Positions 27,901 to 37,531 of a stretch of DNA of 64,000 nt are shown in pieces (the first letter of the stretch is position 1; each line of letters opens with the position of its first letter). The position numbers and the translations under genes were made by a program. The DNA is taken from the NCBI GenBank assembly GCA_964638145.1, contig CAZXAK010000045.1, positions 87,629-151,628 of the forward strand, in the 5' to 3' direction. Below the pieces are notes generated by a model. The model ran no database searches, was not told where the DNA came from, and was given only the letters and a program-made list of their open reading frames with translations. The DNA is from an uncultured Desulfobacterales bacterium. Lineage in GTDB: Bacteria; Desulfobacterota; Dissulfuribacteria; Dissulfuribacterales; QOAL01.

Positions 27901-28614
27901 TTCATCCCAGGCATACTTGAGCAGTGCCTTGTCAAGTTCCTCTTCCGTCTTGCGCAGTTCCAGATACCGTTCGGTTTTTTTTGCCTGGCGGGAGGCGCTT
28001 CTCGTCTGTCTGTCAACCTCTGATATTAGGTCATAGAGCCTCTCGAGGTTTCGGGTGGTGTCAGTCATGCGTCTTTCAGCCTCGATGCGTCTGGCCTTGT
28101 ATCTGGATATCCCTGCCACCTCCTCGATGATATGTCTCCTGTCACCAGGGCTCATCTCCACAAACTGCCCTACCTGCCCCTGATCAACTATGGAGTAGGC
28201 CCTGGTGCCGGCCCCTGTGTCCATGAGGAGGTAGTGGATGTCCTTGAGACGGCAGGTCTTGCCATTTATGAGATAGCGGGTCTCGCCCTTGCGGTTTACC
28301 ATGCGCCTGATCTCTATCTCTGGCAGGTGTTCAAATTCGGGTGGGGCCATGCCTGATTTGTTTTCCAGCAACAGACTTACTTCTGCAAAACTGACTTTAC
28401 GCCCGTTCGAGCCGGAAAATATTACCTCATCCATGCTGCGGGCACGAAGCATCTTTGCGCTCTGTTCGCCAAGCACCCAGCGTATGGCATCCACTACATT
28501 GGATTTGCCGCAACCGTTGGGGCCAACAATGGCACAAATACCCCTGTTGAACTCAACCTTTGTGCGGTTCGGGAAGGATTTGAAGCCGAAGAGGGTAAGT
28601 TTTTTGAGACGCAT
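24958..28614 (-). CDS. smc: chromosome segregation protein SMC
   Basis: 1218 aa. N-terminal LFGFKSF...IVGPNGCGKSNVVDAIRWVLGEQS, long coiled coils with a central hinge, and C-terminal LSGGEKTMAAMALLFA plus Walker B FCLLDEVDAPLDE. Confidence 0.9.
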   Translation of the reverse strand: MRLKKLTLFGFKSFPNRTKVEFNRGICAIVGPNGCGKSNVVDAIRWVLGEQSAKMLRARSMDEVIFSGSNGRKVSFAEVSLLLENKSGMAPPEFEHLPEIEIRRMVNRKGETRYLINGKTCRLKDIHYLLMDTGAGTRAYSIVDQGQVGQFVEMSPGDRRHIIEEVAGISRYKARRIEAERRMTDTTRNLERLYDLISEVDRQTRSASRQAKKTERYLELRKTEEELDKALLKYAWDEQIHGLAKLEKEMELATETLKGAEAALAAAKAEKEGINTELLQKDSEIKKLKAGLSVAEGRLEELRREMTGTEKQLYKAKVKLKTVENSASESEKRAESLLRRHSNVVKALETLRRDIDKLKAQEDEAKAQVHNAKVHVHQARKELEEVKVLLVDAAAEQARLDSERRALKERRKRLDIRIGKRREERQGLDDKLAALSEQQSRLNILVEELKNAYHELSQQRRDAEQELSDISEELSAVRKRYRDTRAERAAAAARLQALKEVEAAGEGIPVEVQQILQKEQGVLGLLADFIEVERGWERIFETALGPRLHALVVDNAETCQKIASSFKKRSSAILNMIIADPRCPYTTKAKDDSSFTPDKPIAPGQDIDSRGYDSLCHHVKAAPVILPALQSMLGGTVLSDSLHSSISKLAHAQADTNASGLSCRLPSMVTAQGECITPWLEVSVQGGGAERSGILVRKAMIKDLEQEVCALEQELQAVSNRKEALQTAESEKKGLVARLTSNAKKKQHKISRLEQEAEAIKLKVETARSRLELINFEIREAQEELREVEFSLEECETALGEAAQRNQGLSTQLKRREADLHRHEEFLEQKRQKHNELRIRLAEVESSIREREKEKQALERQQKRIRSDSESYVTERKKLLAAIGEQEKKLREVAAKVQAQEAAVANARKRTSILEQERDEILQKISSCEKMIDQREKTVRQAEKKVHGLEVDISESRQALQFIGQSSLERHCLSPAAITGVEHLTDTMDVDKIKTRLEDIRSKISRMGAVNLGALEEYEQLKERYEFLNAQKQDLEKSMADLKKAIDKINRTCRSRFKDALEAVNQSLDQVFPLLFDGGSARLQLESNDDILEAGVEYLVNLPGKKIQHLNLLSGGEKTMAAMALLFAVYFIKPSPFCLLDEVDAPLDEANTVRFNRLIKKIAKESQVVIITHNQRVMDTADTLYGVTMEDRGISKIVSVNLVSDHDQGNNEINHATA

Positions 28615-28636
28615 ACCAGATCAGTAGCCCAGGAGG

Positions 28637-29599
28637 TCAGCTATGCTGGCAGGCCATTTCAAGCCCCTCCTCCTGTGCGAGGATCATCTTTGCCTGTTCC
28701 ACATCCTTGTGTATCTGTACCCGGAGTTCTTCAGGGCCGGAAAAGCATTTTTCGTCTCGTATCCTTTGAATGAGATTCACCTTCAGCGGGTGACCGTAGA
28801 TGTCCCGGTTGAAGTCGAATATGTGTACCTCTGCCCTGAGTTCCTGATCACCGAATGTGGGGTTTACGCCAATATTGACCACTCCACCATAGCAGTGGGT
28901 GTCATATATGGCCTGCACCACGTACACGCCGGGCTTTGGGCACAGATCTTCACTGTTTATGCGGAGATTGGCAGTTGGAAATCCAACTACAGGACCTCCA
29001 CGTTGCATGCCCTTCTGCACTATGCCCCTGATTTGGTAATATCTGCCTAAGAGTTTGGCTACCTTGCGCATCTCTCCCTCGCTTACCAGTTTGCGGACAT
29101 TGGTGCTGCTCACAATCATGCCGTCAATCACCACTGCCGGGACAACATGGGTGCGAAAGCCCAGTTCCCCACCTTTCTTTTTGAGAAAGTCGATATTGCC
29201 CTCTCTGCCCTTGCCAAGGGCATAGTCGTATCCCACTACCAGGTCTTTGATGCGCAGGGCCTCGACAAGTATGTGTTCGACAAAGTCTGTTGCAGTGGTG
29301 GCTGCAAGTTCCATGGTAAAGGGCAGGCATATGAGGATGTCAATACCCGCCCGTTCTATCTGTTCTATCTTCTGTTCAAATGTTGAGATGAGCTTGGGAG
29401 GGTTGTCCGGGCGCAGTACCTGAAGGGGATGCGGGTCAAAGGTGAGGGCCACACTGTGGGCACCACGCTCTGATGCAAGTTCCACCACTTTTTTGAAAAG
29501 GGCCTGGTGCCCAAGGTGCACACCATCAAAGTTGCCTATGGTAAGCGCAGGGCTGTTCAAACGTTTTTTAAGTTGATCTATACCAAAATATATTTTCAT
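28637..29599 (-). CDS. ribF: bifunctional riboflavin kinase / FAD synthetase
   Basis: 320 aa. IGNFDGVHLGHQAL (FAD synthetase domain) plus GFPTANL, GVVNIGVNPTF and EVHIFDF (riboflavin kinase domain). Confidence 0.9.
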   Translation of the reverse strand: MKIYFGIDQLKKRLNSPALTIGNFDGVHLGHQALFKKVVELASERGAHSVALTFDPHPLQVLRPDNPPKLISTFEQKIEQIERAGIDILICLPFTMELAATTATDFVEHILVEALRIKDLVVGYDYALGKGREGNIDFLKKKGGELGFRTHVVPAVVIDGMIVSSTNVRKLVSEGEMRKVAKLLGRYYQIRGIVQKGMQRGGPVVGFPTANLRINSEDLCPKPGVYVVQAIYDTHCYGGVVNIGVNPTFGDQELRAEVHIFDFNRDIYGHPLKVNLIQRIRDEKCFSGPEELRVQIHKDVEQAKMILAQEEGLEMACQHS

Positions 29600-29663
29600 G
29601 ATCGTACATTAAATCAGAATCGTAAGTAGCATTGGATGTGGGATATGCCTGGGGCAACTCGTG

Positions 29664-30899
29664 CTATTTCTTTATCAGGATATACATGTCTCCTCTGTGC
29701 CTCAATTTTCCTGCCATTTCCCCTGCCTTTTTGCCTTCACCGCAGTATATATCTACACGGCATGCCCCCTTTATGGCATTGCCCCTGTCCTGATTTAGTA
29801 CAAAACGGCGGAGACCTGATGTATCTTTTCCTGTCACATGGACCTGCGGCACATCTATGAAACAGAGTGCTCCGGCAGGGAAAAGGCCGGTATCAAGCGC
29901 AACAGAGCGCATGGGAACCAGGACTGCCCCAAGGCTGCCGACTGGTCCTCTCTCTTCCCATCTGAAAAAGATGTATCTTGGGTTTGCCCCGAGTGCCTGC
30001 CTGAACTGCTGTGGATGCGTGTACGCCCACTGTCTGATGCCTGGCCAGTCAGCATCTTCAGGGCTTAACCACCCCTTTTTTATTAGCCATCTGCCAAGGC
30101 TTCCATAGGGATGTCCATTACTGGCAGCAAAGTGTATGTAACGCCTGTCTCCGTTGGCGAACTTGAGAAGACCGCTGCCCTGTATATGGAGCATGAGTCC
30201 GTCCACAGGAGAGGCTAACCAGGCCAGCACAGGGGCGGGCAGGGTGATGCTGCCGCCATCTATCTCTTCCCTGGTATAGTAAGGCAGGACCTGCCTGCCG
30301 GCAACCCTGCCATACAGAGTGATTGGGGGCAGAGTCTGGCTGAATAGCTTCAGGTCTATCTTTAACAGGTCATCAGGCACACCATAGATCGGATAGGTGA
30401 AATCCCTGTTCCTTTCAGTGGAGGCCGGGAGTTCAGGCTGGAAATAACCAGTAAAAAGCACAGGGCGGTTGGAAGCCGGGGATTCCGGGCCGCAACGCGT
30501 CACCCTGTAGAGCCTGAATTTGGCCGATAGCCTCTCTTTGAACTCCCTTACAGACAAATTCTGTCCCAAAATTGTGAGAAAGGCCCTGAGTGTGTCCTTG
30601 AGGCAGCCTGCAGTAACCGTTCCCCCTGCCCATGAAATTGTTCTGCTGTCACTCATGTCCTTCATGCAGTGCAGGGTACGCTTGACAGCACGTTTGAGTC
30701 CAGCAATGTCTTGCGGTGAAGATGACAGTGGCAGGGCTGAGACAGGAACTTCTGTTAAGATGGCGTTTCTGGCACCAGCTGGTTTGTGTCTATTCCTCTC
30801 CGTCCTGAGGATAAGCCCGGCCACTGCGATGACTATCAGAAGAGAGATGATGCTGATTAAGGTGCGTTTCGGGCCTGTGAGTTTTATTTTTGAGGGCAT
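29664..30899 (-). CDS. mltA: murein transglycosylase A (MltA family)
   Basis: 411 aa. LHIQGSGLLKFANGDRRYIHFAASNGHPYGSLGRWLI parallels the E. coli MltA core. C-terminal 3D-domain block DRGNAIKGACRVDIYCG. Confidence 0.85.
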   Translation of the reverse strand: MPSKIKLTGPKRTLISIISLLIVIAVAGLILRTERNRHKPAGARNAILTEVPVSALPLSSSPQDIAGLKRAVKRTLHCMKDMSDSRTISWAGGTVTAGCLKDTLRAFLTILGQNLSVREFKERLSAKFRLYRVTRCGPESPASNRPVLFTGYFQPELPASTERNRDFTYPIYGVPDDLLKIDLKLFSQTLPPITLYGRVAGRQVLPYYTREEIDGGSITLPAPVLAWLASPVDGLMLHIQGSGLLKFANGDRRYIHFAASNGHPYGSLGRWLIKKGWLSPEDADWPGIRQWAYTHPQQFRQALGANPRYIFFRWEERGPVGSLGAVLVPMRSVALDTGLFPAGALCFIDVPQVHVTGKDTSGLRRFVLNQDRGNAIKGACRVDIYCGEGKKAGEMAGKLRHRGDMYILIKK

Positions 30900-30926
30900 G
30901 AACGGCCTTGTGCCAGAGTGAGGTCT

Positions 30927-31865
30927 CTAAACCCCAGTGGCAGCAACCTGTTTCTTCACTGCCTGGACAGAGGTTTCCAGTGCCTGCCTTTCGGATTCTG
31001 TGAGTGTAAATTCCACAATACGCTCTACTCCATCCTTGCCAAGTATTACAGGTACACCGAGAAATACCCCGCTGATCCCGAACTCACCCTGAAGATATGC
31101 GGCACATGGCAGGACCCTCTTCTGGTCTTTCAGGATGGACTCAGCCATTTCAACTGCAGCCAGGCCAGGAGTGGAAAAGGCGCTTCCGGTTTTGAGGTGC
31201 TGGACGATCTCCGCACCGCCGTTTTGGGTTCGACTCACAATCTGGTCGAGTTTTTCCTTTGGAATCAGGTCTTCTACTGGTACGCCATTTACGCTTGCAA
31301 GTCTTGTCAGGGGCAGCATGTTGTCTCCATGAATGCCCATGACCATGGCAGAGATGTCAGACGGAGCCACTCCCAGCTCTTGGGCCAGGAACGTGCGGTA
31401 CCTGGCAGAGTCGAGCACTCCGGCCATGCCAACTACCCGTTGCCGTGGGAATCCTGATACCTTGAAGGCGGTGTATACCATTGCATCAATGGGGTTGGTA
31501 ACCACGATTATGCAGGCATCGGGAGAGTGCTTGACCGCCTCTTCCGTTACTGCACGGATTATCTGAACATTCTTTTCCAGAAGATCATCCCTGCTCATGC
31601 CCGGTTTTCTGGCAAGACCGGCAGTTATGATAATGACGTCTGAATCAGCTGTGTCTGCGTAGTTATTGGTCCCTGTGACTGTCCCTGTAAAGCCGCATAT
31701 TGGAGCGCATTGCGCAAGATCCAGGGCCTTACCCTGAGGGACTCCCTCTATGACGTCAAGAAGGACAATGGTGTCTGCAGCGTTGCGGCTTACCGCCCAC
31801 TGCGCTGCCGCTGTACCTACTGCGCCAGAACCGATGACAGTTAGTTTTTTTCCTTTTTTATCCAT
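30927..31865 (-). CDS. mdh: malate dehydrogenase (LDH-like type)
   Basis: 312 aa. KLTVIGSGAVGTAAA Rossmann motif, ITAGLARKPGMSRDDL, and a catalytic His in MVMGIHGD. Confidence 0.85.
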   Translation of the reverse strand: MDKKGKKLTVIGSGAVGTAAAQWAVSRNAADTIVLLDVIEGVPQGKALDLAQCAPICGFTGTVTGTNNYADTADSDVIIITAGLARKPGMSRDDLLEKNVQIIRAVTEEAVKHSPDACIIVVTNPIDAMVYTAFKVSGFPRQRVVGMAGVLDSARYRTFLAQELGVAPSDISAMVMGIHGDNMLPLTRLASVNGVPVEDLIPKEKLDQIVSRTQNGGAEIVQHLKTGSAFSTPGLAAVEMAESILKDQKRVLPCAAYLQGEFGISGVFLGVPVILGKDGVERIVEFTLTESERQALETSVQAVKKQVAATGV

Positions 31866-31909
31866 TATGGTCTATAAACCCTGAAGACGGGTTTCCTCCT
31901 GTTAGTAAA

Positions 31910-32758
31910 TTATCTTCCGTATCCTGATTCCCTGTAGTAGCGCAGGGCCTCTGGCAGGAATCTTTTTATCTGTTGTATCCTTGCCTGGTCTGAAGGGTGG
32001 GTGCTAAGTAGTTCCGGAGGCGCTCCCCCTGCCTTTTTGGTCTTCATCATGCGTTCCCAGAAGTTTATCGCCTCCCTGGGATCATAACCTGCCATGGCCA
32101 TGAATATCAGGCCGAGATGATCCGCCTCTGTCTCCTGCAGGCGGCTGTAGGGCAGCAGTACCCCGAGGTTTGCCCCGAGTCCGTAAAGGTCGCGGAATAT
32201 GGTGTTTGCCGCAGAACCGCTGGTTCCAAGGGCTGACGATAAAGCAGTTCCCCCTATCTGAAGGGCAAGTTGCTGGCTTATACGTTCGTTGGCATGCCTT
32301 GCTATGGCATGTGCTATCTCATGTCCGAGAACCACTGCCAGGCCCGCATCGTTTTTGGCAATGGGCAGAAGACCAGTATATACTACAACTTTGCCTCCAG
32401 GCATGCACCATGCGTTGATCTCTTTGCCTTCAACCAGGTTGAATTCCCATTTATAACCCCGTATAAGGTTTGACTGGCCATGTTGCGCCAGGTACTTTTC
32501 CACCGCATGGGCAATCCGCCACCCTACCCGCTGCACCATCTCCACTTCCCTGCGGTTGTGGCTTAGCCTGTGTGTGGCGAGAAATTGAGAGTATTCCTTT
32601 GAACTCATGGCGTCAAGCTCACTTTCCGGCATGAGCAGGAGCTGGCTCCTTCCGGTTACCGGTACTGTGGCACATCCGTTAAGGAACATGAGAAGCATGG
32701 CAGAAATTGGCAACAGGATGAGAAGCCGTATTTTTTTTATGCTTGTGTGAGTAAACAT
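31910..32758 (-). CDS. M48-family zinc metallopeptidase, lipoprotein
   Basis: HEIAHAIARH (HExxH) and a lipoprotein signal ...MLLMFLNGC. I prefer the ATG at 32758 to the track start at 32821. Confidence 0.8.
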   Translation of the reverse strand: MFTHTSIKKIRLLILLPISAMLLMFLNGCATVPVTGRSQLLLMPESELDAMSSKEYSQFLATHRLSHNRREVEMVQRVGWRIAHAVEKYLAQHGQSNLIRGYKWEFNLVEGKEINAWCMPGGKVVVYTGLLPIAKNDAGLAVVLGHEIAHAIARHANERISQQLALQIGGTALSSALGTSGSAANTIFRDLYGLGANLGVLLPYSRLQETEADHLGLIFMAMAGYDPREAINFWERMMKTKKAGGAPPELLSTHPSDQARIQQIKRFLPEALRYYRESGYGR

Positions 32759-32816
32759 AACAATCACCTTGGGAAACCGGGAATGGTCTTTGGCTGACAG
32801 CGTGTCTCCTGTGTCT

Positions 32817-32965
32817 CCCAAATTGAGCGTTTCAAATTATGCGGGGTTTTGTTTGGTCTTTGATCTTAGTGAGTTGTTGCTGTTTTCTGTAAAATTGTCT
32901 GTCACCTAATGGATTTGGTCTGACTGTTTTGCTGGTCGCATAATTTGAAACCGTTCCGGAATTCC
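32817..32965. repeat. Family-B palindromic repeat, copy B1
   Basis: Perfect 14-bp inverted repeat: TTTCAAATTATGCG (32830-32843) and CGCATAATTTGAAA (32937-32950). The left end CCCAAATTGAGCG is related to the CCTGAATTGAGCG ends of the copies at 37386 and 52547. Confidence 0.6.
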
Positions 32966-33021
32966 ATTAGCAATCTACAGGCAGAGATAACCATTTTTTT
33001 ATGGAGGTTCAACAATAGTCA

Positions 33022-33729
33022 ATGGTTAAAAACGTTTCAGTAGTTCTGAACGAACCACGATTCCCTGAAAATATAGGGGCTGCTGCCCGATGTTGTCGCA
33101 ATATGGGTATATCGTCTCTGATAGTAGTCAGGCCTGAACTCTTAGACAGGGAGAAGATGTTTAAGATGGCTACTCATGAGGCGGCAGATATTGTTGAAAA
33201 CATGAAAATTTATGACTCTCTGTATGATGCCCTGTCACCATTTGGTCATGTTGTGGGCACAACGGCCAGGCAGGGGAGGGAGAGGCGTCCCACCCACAGC
33301 CCTAAGGAGGCAGCAGTCCTGATAAGGCGGCTTGCCGTGAACAATCAGGTTGCCATCCTGTTCGGGTCTGAAAACAAGGGCCTCAGTAATGCCCATCTCA
33401 GGTTCTGCAACACCCTGATCAACATACCCACCACTGATTTTCGTTCAATAAATCTTGCACAGAGCGTCATGATAGTCTGCTATGAGTTGTTCGTGTCAGG
33501 TGAGCCTGAAGACCTGCATGTGCCGAAACTGTCCAATGTGTATGAGACTGAGGCCATGTATGCGCATCTTTCTCAGATGTTTCAGGCAATTGGCCTATAT
33601 GGCAAGAGAGAGCCAGGCTACTGGATGAGTAGGGCCAGGCGTTTCCTTGGCCGGTGCGAACTCAGGTCCAGGGACGTTCGGCTGATAAGGGGCCTGTGCA
33701 GACAGGTACTGAACGCCCTGTGCCATTAG
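33022..33729 (+). CDS. trmJ: SPOUT RNA 2'-O-methyltransferase (TrmJ/TrmH group)
   Basis: 235 aa. Motifs ENIGAAARCCRNMGI, ILFGSENKGLSN and INIPT...SINLAQSV. Confidence 0.7.
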   Translation: MVKNVSVVLNEPRFPENIGAAARCCRNMGISSLIVVRPELLDREKMFKMATHEAADIVENMKIYDSLYDALSPFGHVVGTTARQGRERRPTHSPKEAAVLIRRLAVNNQVAILFGSENKGLSNAHLRFCNTLINIPTTDFRSINLAQSVMIVCYELFVSGEPEDLHVPKLSNVYETEAMYAHLSQMFQAIGLYGKREPGYWMSRARRFLGRCELRSRDVRLIRGLCRQVLNALCH

Positions 33730-33861
33730 TTGCGTTGCGGCAAGAGTTTATTGCCCTGAAATGTATATGTTTTCATAGCCTCTCTCCGCCTGTCATAATC
33801 AGTCAGGCAGATCAGGGCAACATGAAGGTTCAAGCTATAATCCTGGGCAGTGTGTAACGGA

Positions 33862-34311
33862 TTACAGGTCTACGATCTTGCTGTTCTTTATCTCTTCTCT
33901 TCGCAGGTTGAGTGCGTGGTTGAAATCGGCGCCAGATGCCTCCTCTTCGCCCAGTGCCTCAAATACACTTGCGCGCAGGGTATATGCAGGCGCATAGGTT
34001 GGATCAATAGTGATGGCGTGAGACAGGCTCTCAATGGCTTCGTCATGTTTTTTTGCCTGAAACAGTATGGCCCCCTTGTGATAGTGCAGTCTGGCATTTT
34101 CGGGTTCGCACTCAATGGCCCTGTCTATGTTTTCAATTGCCAGGTCAACCTTTTCCATCTTTATGTTGGCAATGGCAATGGCCTGATACGCCTTGGCACA
34201 TTTGGGATCAAGTTCCAGGACCTTCTGAAAAAGTTCAATACTCCCCTTGTAATCATCGCTTACAAATTTGATCTGTGCATCAACAAATAGTTCCTTCACT
34301 TCCGGTTTCAT
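33862..34311 (-). CDS. small TPR-repeat protein
   Basis: 149 aa made of about four TPR-like units (e.g. AKAYQAIAIANIKMEKVDLAIENIDRAIECEPEN). Confidence 0.7.
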   Translation of the reverse strand: MKPEVKELFVDAQIKFVSDDYKGSIELFQKVLELDPKCAKAYQAIAIANIKMEKVDLAIENIDRAIECEPENARLHYHKGAILFQAKKHDEAIESLSHAITIDPTYAPAYTLRASVFEALGEEEASGADFNHALNLRREEIKNSKIVDL

Positions 34312-34377
34312 GGCTAACCTCCAGAAAGTTGTTTCTCAATTCAGGTTGTTTACGTTTAAGGCATGTATAGCTGACGT

Positions 34378-34408
34378 AAAAAAGGCCGGGGCTCATTGAA
34401 CCCCGGCC
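34378..34408 (-). terminator. rho-independent terminator downstream of ppaC
   Basis: On the minus strand: GGCCGGGG-ttcaatgag-CCCCGGCC followed by TTTTTT, about 60 nt after the ppaC stop. Confidence 0.7.
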
Positions 34409-34468
34409 TGTTATGCCTTTACCAGTCCGTACATGTTTGTAGGGACAGGGGAAAAGCGACCTGACGGA

Positions 34469-35392
34469 CTATGCGCAGGCCTTTTCCAAGTTGGGAACCA
34501 TCTGTTTCTTGCGGCTCATTACGCCCTCGAGCCATACAGTTTTACCCTCAAGGGTCTTGCCGAATGCCTTGTCAATCAGACTGGGATCATCGGTAACTGC
34601 CATGAGGTCTGTTCCCTCTTTCATGATATCTGTGAGCATGAGGAAGATGCTGTGGGCATTCTTCTCTGCCTTGATCTTCTCCAACTCTGCATAGAGATCA
34701 TCCCTGATGCCTTCAACGAGGTCAAGGGATACAAGCTCGAGCTGACCAATACCAATGGCCTTGCCGCTCATGTCGAAATCCTTATAATCGCGGAATACCA
34801 GGTCACGGACAGGAACACCTTCAACTGCGCTCTTGGCCTTGGCCATCTCCATGCCCCAGTCCATCATGTTGTCGACGCCGGCGATCTTTGCCAGGGCTTC
34901 AGCGGCTTCCTTGTCTGCGTCTGTACAGGTGGCTGACTTGAAGAGGACAGTGTCGCTGAGAATGGCTGACATCATAAGACCTGCTACATTGGCAGGGATA
35001 TCCTTCTTGTATACATCTTTGTAGAGTGTGTAAAGAACAGTACCTGTGCAACCTACAGGCATGGTGCAGAAAAATATGGGATTTGGTGTGGTGATATCCC
35101 CTATCTTGTGGTGATCAACAACAGCAAGGAGTTCACCCTTGTCCCAGTTGTCAGGGGCCTGCTTGATATCACTGTGGTCAACCAGCATATATTTTTCGCC
35201 GGCTACGTCGGTACGGATCTCAGGTGGATCATAACCGAACTTTTTGAGTACTACCTCTGTTTCCGGGTTGAGTTCGCCCTGCATGCAGGCAACAGCGTCA
35301 ACACCAAGCATCTTCTGCAGTTCTGCAAAGGCAATAGCAGCAGTAACAGAGTCTGTATCAGGGCTTTTGTGTCCTAGTACGTAAACAGCCAT
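34469..35392 (-). CDS. ppaC: manganese-dependent inorganic pyrophosphatase (family II, DHH)
   Basis: VLGHKSPDTDSVTAAIAFA, LVDHSD, VVDHHKIGD, and a DHHA2-type C-terminal domain. I prefer the ATG at 35392 (MAVYVLGHK...). Confidence 0.85.
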   Translation of the reverse strand: MAVYVLGHKSPDTDSVTAAIAFAELQKMLGVDAVACMQGELNPETEVVLKKFGYDPPEIRTDVAGEKYMLVDHSDIKQAPDNWDKGELLAVVDHHKIGDITTPNPIFFCTMPVGCTGTVLYTLYKDVYKKDIPANVAGLMMSAILSDTVLFKSATCTDADKEAAEALAKIAGVDNMMDWGMEMAKAKSAVEGVPVRDLVFRDYKDFDMSGKAIGIGQLELVSLDLVEGIRDDLYAELEKIKAEKNAHSIFLMLTDIMKEGTDLMAVTDDPSLIDKAFGKTLEGKTVWLEGVMSRKKQMVPNLEKACA

Positions 35393-35774
35393 TTCAATAA
35401 TCCTCCTTCTGTTTAAAAAAATAGGCGCATGAACTCCCCGCCTCTGTGTCAGCATATCTTCGACAGCATATCTCAGTTGAGGGGAGATTCAGTTATAGTG
35501 TGCATAAAATAAACTGCTAAATGTCAAAAGATATAATATTCCAGTTTTTCGCCCCTTGTACTATCATAACAACCGCTTCTTGCCAAGCATTTTCATAATC
35601 ATTCATTCGGTTATAATGCATTTCCATGAAATTTGTTGAATTTCCATTCAGAAAGAGGGGTGTGTCTGCACTGGTAATATGTTTTTCAAGATTGTTCTGC
35701 AGGAATGCCTCATGTGGGGCTGTCTATCAAAAGATGGTGAAGGTGGGGTGAGAAAATGAGGGGCAGGGCGGAGG

Positions 35775-37205
35775 TTAGAGGGTGGTAATTACGATTTGTC
35801 CTTTTCTGAAGCTGAACTGCGCAGCCTCCACCTCTTTCTTCAGTACCAGTCTGGCATCGGCTATGCAGATGGTACAGCTTGGATATGCCTTGGATATCAC
35901 CTCTACAGTGGCAGAACTCAACCTCTGTATCTCGGCTGTCATCTGTTCTGCAAGGTGAAGATTTTCATCAAGGGCTATTTTCGTATTTGAGAGTCCTTCG
36001 GTGATCTTGGCTTTCAAACCTGCAACTTTTGCGGGCAATCCTCCCTGTTGCTTTTCCATGAGTGCTATCTTGTCAACTGCATCCTGAAGTTCATCCCGTT
36101 TCTTGATTAGCTGTTTCCTAAGGGCAAGACACTGTTCATATGCTTCAATAAGGTGCGGATTTGATCCCGCGTGTATCAGGGTGGGGACATTTGCCTCTGT
36201 GCCTATTTTCAGTGCCTTGCATGACCCGCCGAGGTGCAACCTGCCACCTGCCACAAGTCCCCTGTTGGAGGTGATGGTAATATTGCCGCCTGCCCTGCAT
36301 GTCACATCAAGGAGATAGTCGTCGATAATGATGTTTCTGCCTGCATTGATTTCAGCATATTCAACTGCCGAGCATCGCAGGTTGCCACCAGCAGTAACCA
36401 CAGTTTTCTGTGCCCTTATAAGCCCTGTGATATGGAGATTGCCTCCAGCCTTCACAGTGGTTTCGTCTTCAGCATTGCCTTCCACAATCAGGTCTCCCTT
36501 GGCAATGACTCTGAAACCGCTGCAAACTGAGCCTTTTATCGTAAGGAGTTTGCCCCAGAAACTGATATGACCTGTGGACATGTCAACCGGACCATCCAGC
36601 TCCCATACCTCCAGGACAGATATTTCATCGCCGTCTATGTGAAGTTTACCGTTACTGGTTGCTACAAGATACGAGTTGTTGTCAACTGGTTTTACACCGG
36701 TTCCTGCAAAAAAGGCAGCCCATTTCCCTGGAGGGGCAGGTATCTCCCTGCCAAAGACGTCCTTGCCTGGTATTCCCGGTGTGGGAGGTATGTTCTGGGC
36801 AATCCTCTGTCCCCGTTTCACGTTTACGATTGTGTTCATCTCTTTCGGGTCTAAGGTGCCGGACAGCTCAAGTTTTTCGTCATGGGTGGGGTCATTGGAC
36901 CTGCCATCATCCCTTTCTTTATGTCTGTGGGAGGGGGGGATCAATATTTTGATTTTCCCGTCTTCCCCTGGCGTTGGTTCAATTCCCCTTGCCACGATCC
37001 AGTGGTCTTCCATCTTTACGGCAGGAATCAATGGCTGGGCCGATATGCCCAACTGGTTCAGGAATTCCCTTATATTTCCTATGATAGAGATATCAAAATC
37101 GTCAGCAGCAGGATATACCCTTACAGTCATGGCATCTTTTGAGACAGATAGCCTGGCTCGACCTTCCAGTATTTCTATACCTTGGAACAGTTGGCTTGTT
37201 TCCAT
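35775..37205 (-). CDS. FapA/DUF342-family protein
   Basis: 476 aa. Central beta-helix-like repeats (KAGGNLHITG, TAGGNLRCS, RAGGNITITS, VAGGRLHLGG) are followed by a coiled-coil region, as in FapA-type proteins. Confidence 0.7.
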   Translation of the reverse strand: METSQLFQGIEILEGRARLSVSKDAMTVRVYPAADDFDISIIGNIREFLNQLGISAQPLIPAVKMEDHWIVARGIEPTPGEDGKIKILIPPSHRHKERDDGRSNDPTHDEKLELSGTLDPKEMNTIVNVKRGQRIAQNIPPTPGIPGKDVFGREIPAPPGKWAAFFAGTGVKPVDNNSYLVATSNGKLHIDGDEISVLEVWELDGPVDMSTGHISFWGKLLTIKGSVCSGFRVIAKGDLIVEGNAEDETTVKAGGNLHITGLIRAQKTVVTAGGNLRCSAVEYAEINAGRNIIIDDYLLDVTCRAGGNITITSNRGLVAGGRLHLGGSCKALKIGTEANVPTLIHAGSNPHLIEAYEQCLALRKQLIKKRDELQDAVDKIALMEKQQGGLPAKVAGLKAKITEGLSNTKIALDENLHLAEQMTAEIQRLSSATVEVISKAYPSCTICIADARLVLKKEVEAAQFSFRKGQIVITTL

Positions 37206-37385
37206 GACAGAGAGTATGGCTATGGCATCAGGTCCAGTGTCCGGATAAGCAGGGGTTCCTGTCCGTGTAAATGGTTAAGGGATATTGTAAGTGTTATAAA
37301 ATAAGGGTTTACTAATAGGCTGTTCGTCATAAAATGGGACAATCTGAAGGGCTATTTCTGAATCCAGGTCCTGAAGTACCTAAAA

Positions 37386-37531
37386 CCTGAATTGGGCATT
37401 TCAAATCGTGTGACAACAAAACAGGTATGCCAAACCTGTTGGGGTACGGGTAATGTCACAAAAAACAGTATTAATTCACTGTGATTAAAGCCAAAACAAG
37501 ATTCCGCATGATTTGAAATGTTCAATTCGGG
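37386..37531. mobile_element. Family-B MITE-like element, copy B2, with 5-bp direct repeats
   Basis: Terminal inverted repeats: CCTGAATTGGGCATTTCAAATCGTG, and the reverse complement of CGCATGATTTGAAATGTTCAATTCGGG. Nested inner hairpins (TGTGACA/TGTCACA; AACAGGT/ACCTGTT). TAAAA lies immediately on both sides (37381-37385 and 37532-37536). No ORF. Confidence 0.8.

Noticed and set aside
24958-28614. SMC-like ATPase as a possible defence system component (Wadjet/Lamassu-type)
   Set aside because: It has the canonical full-length SMC architecture (Walker A, hinge, LSGGEK, Walker B). It sits among housekeeping genes (ribF, mltA, mdh), and no JetABCD- or LmuB-like partners are adjacent.
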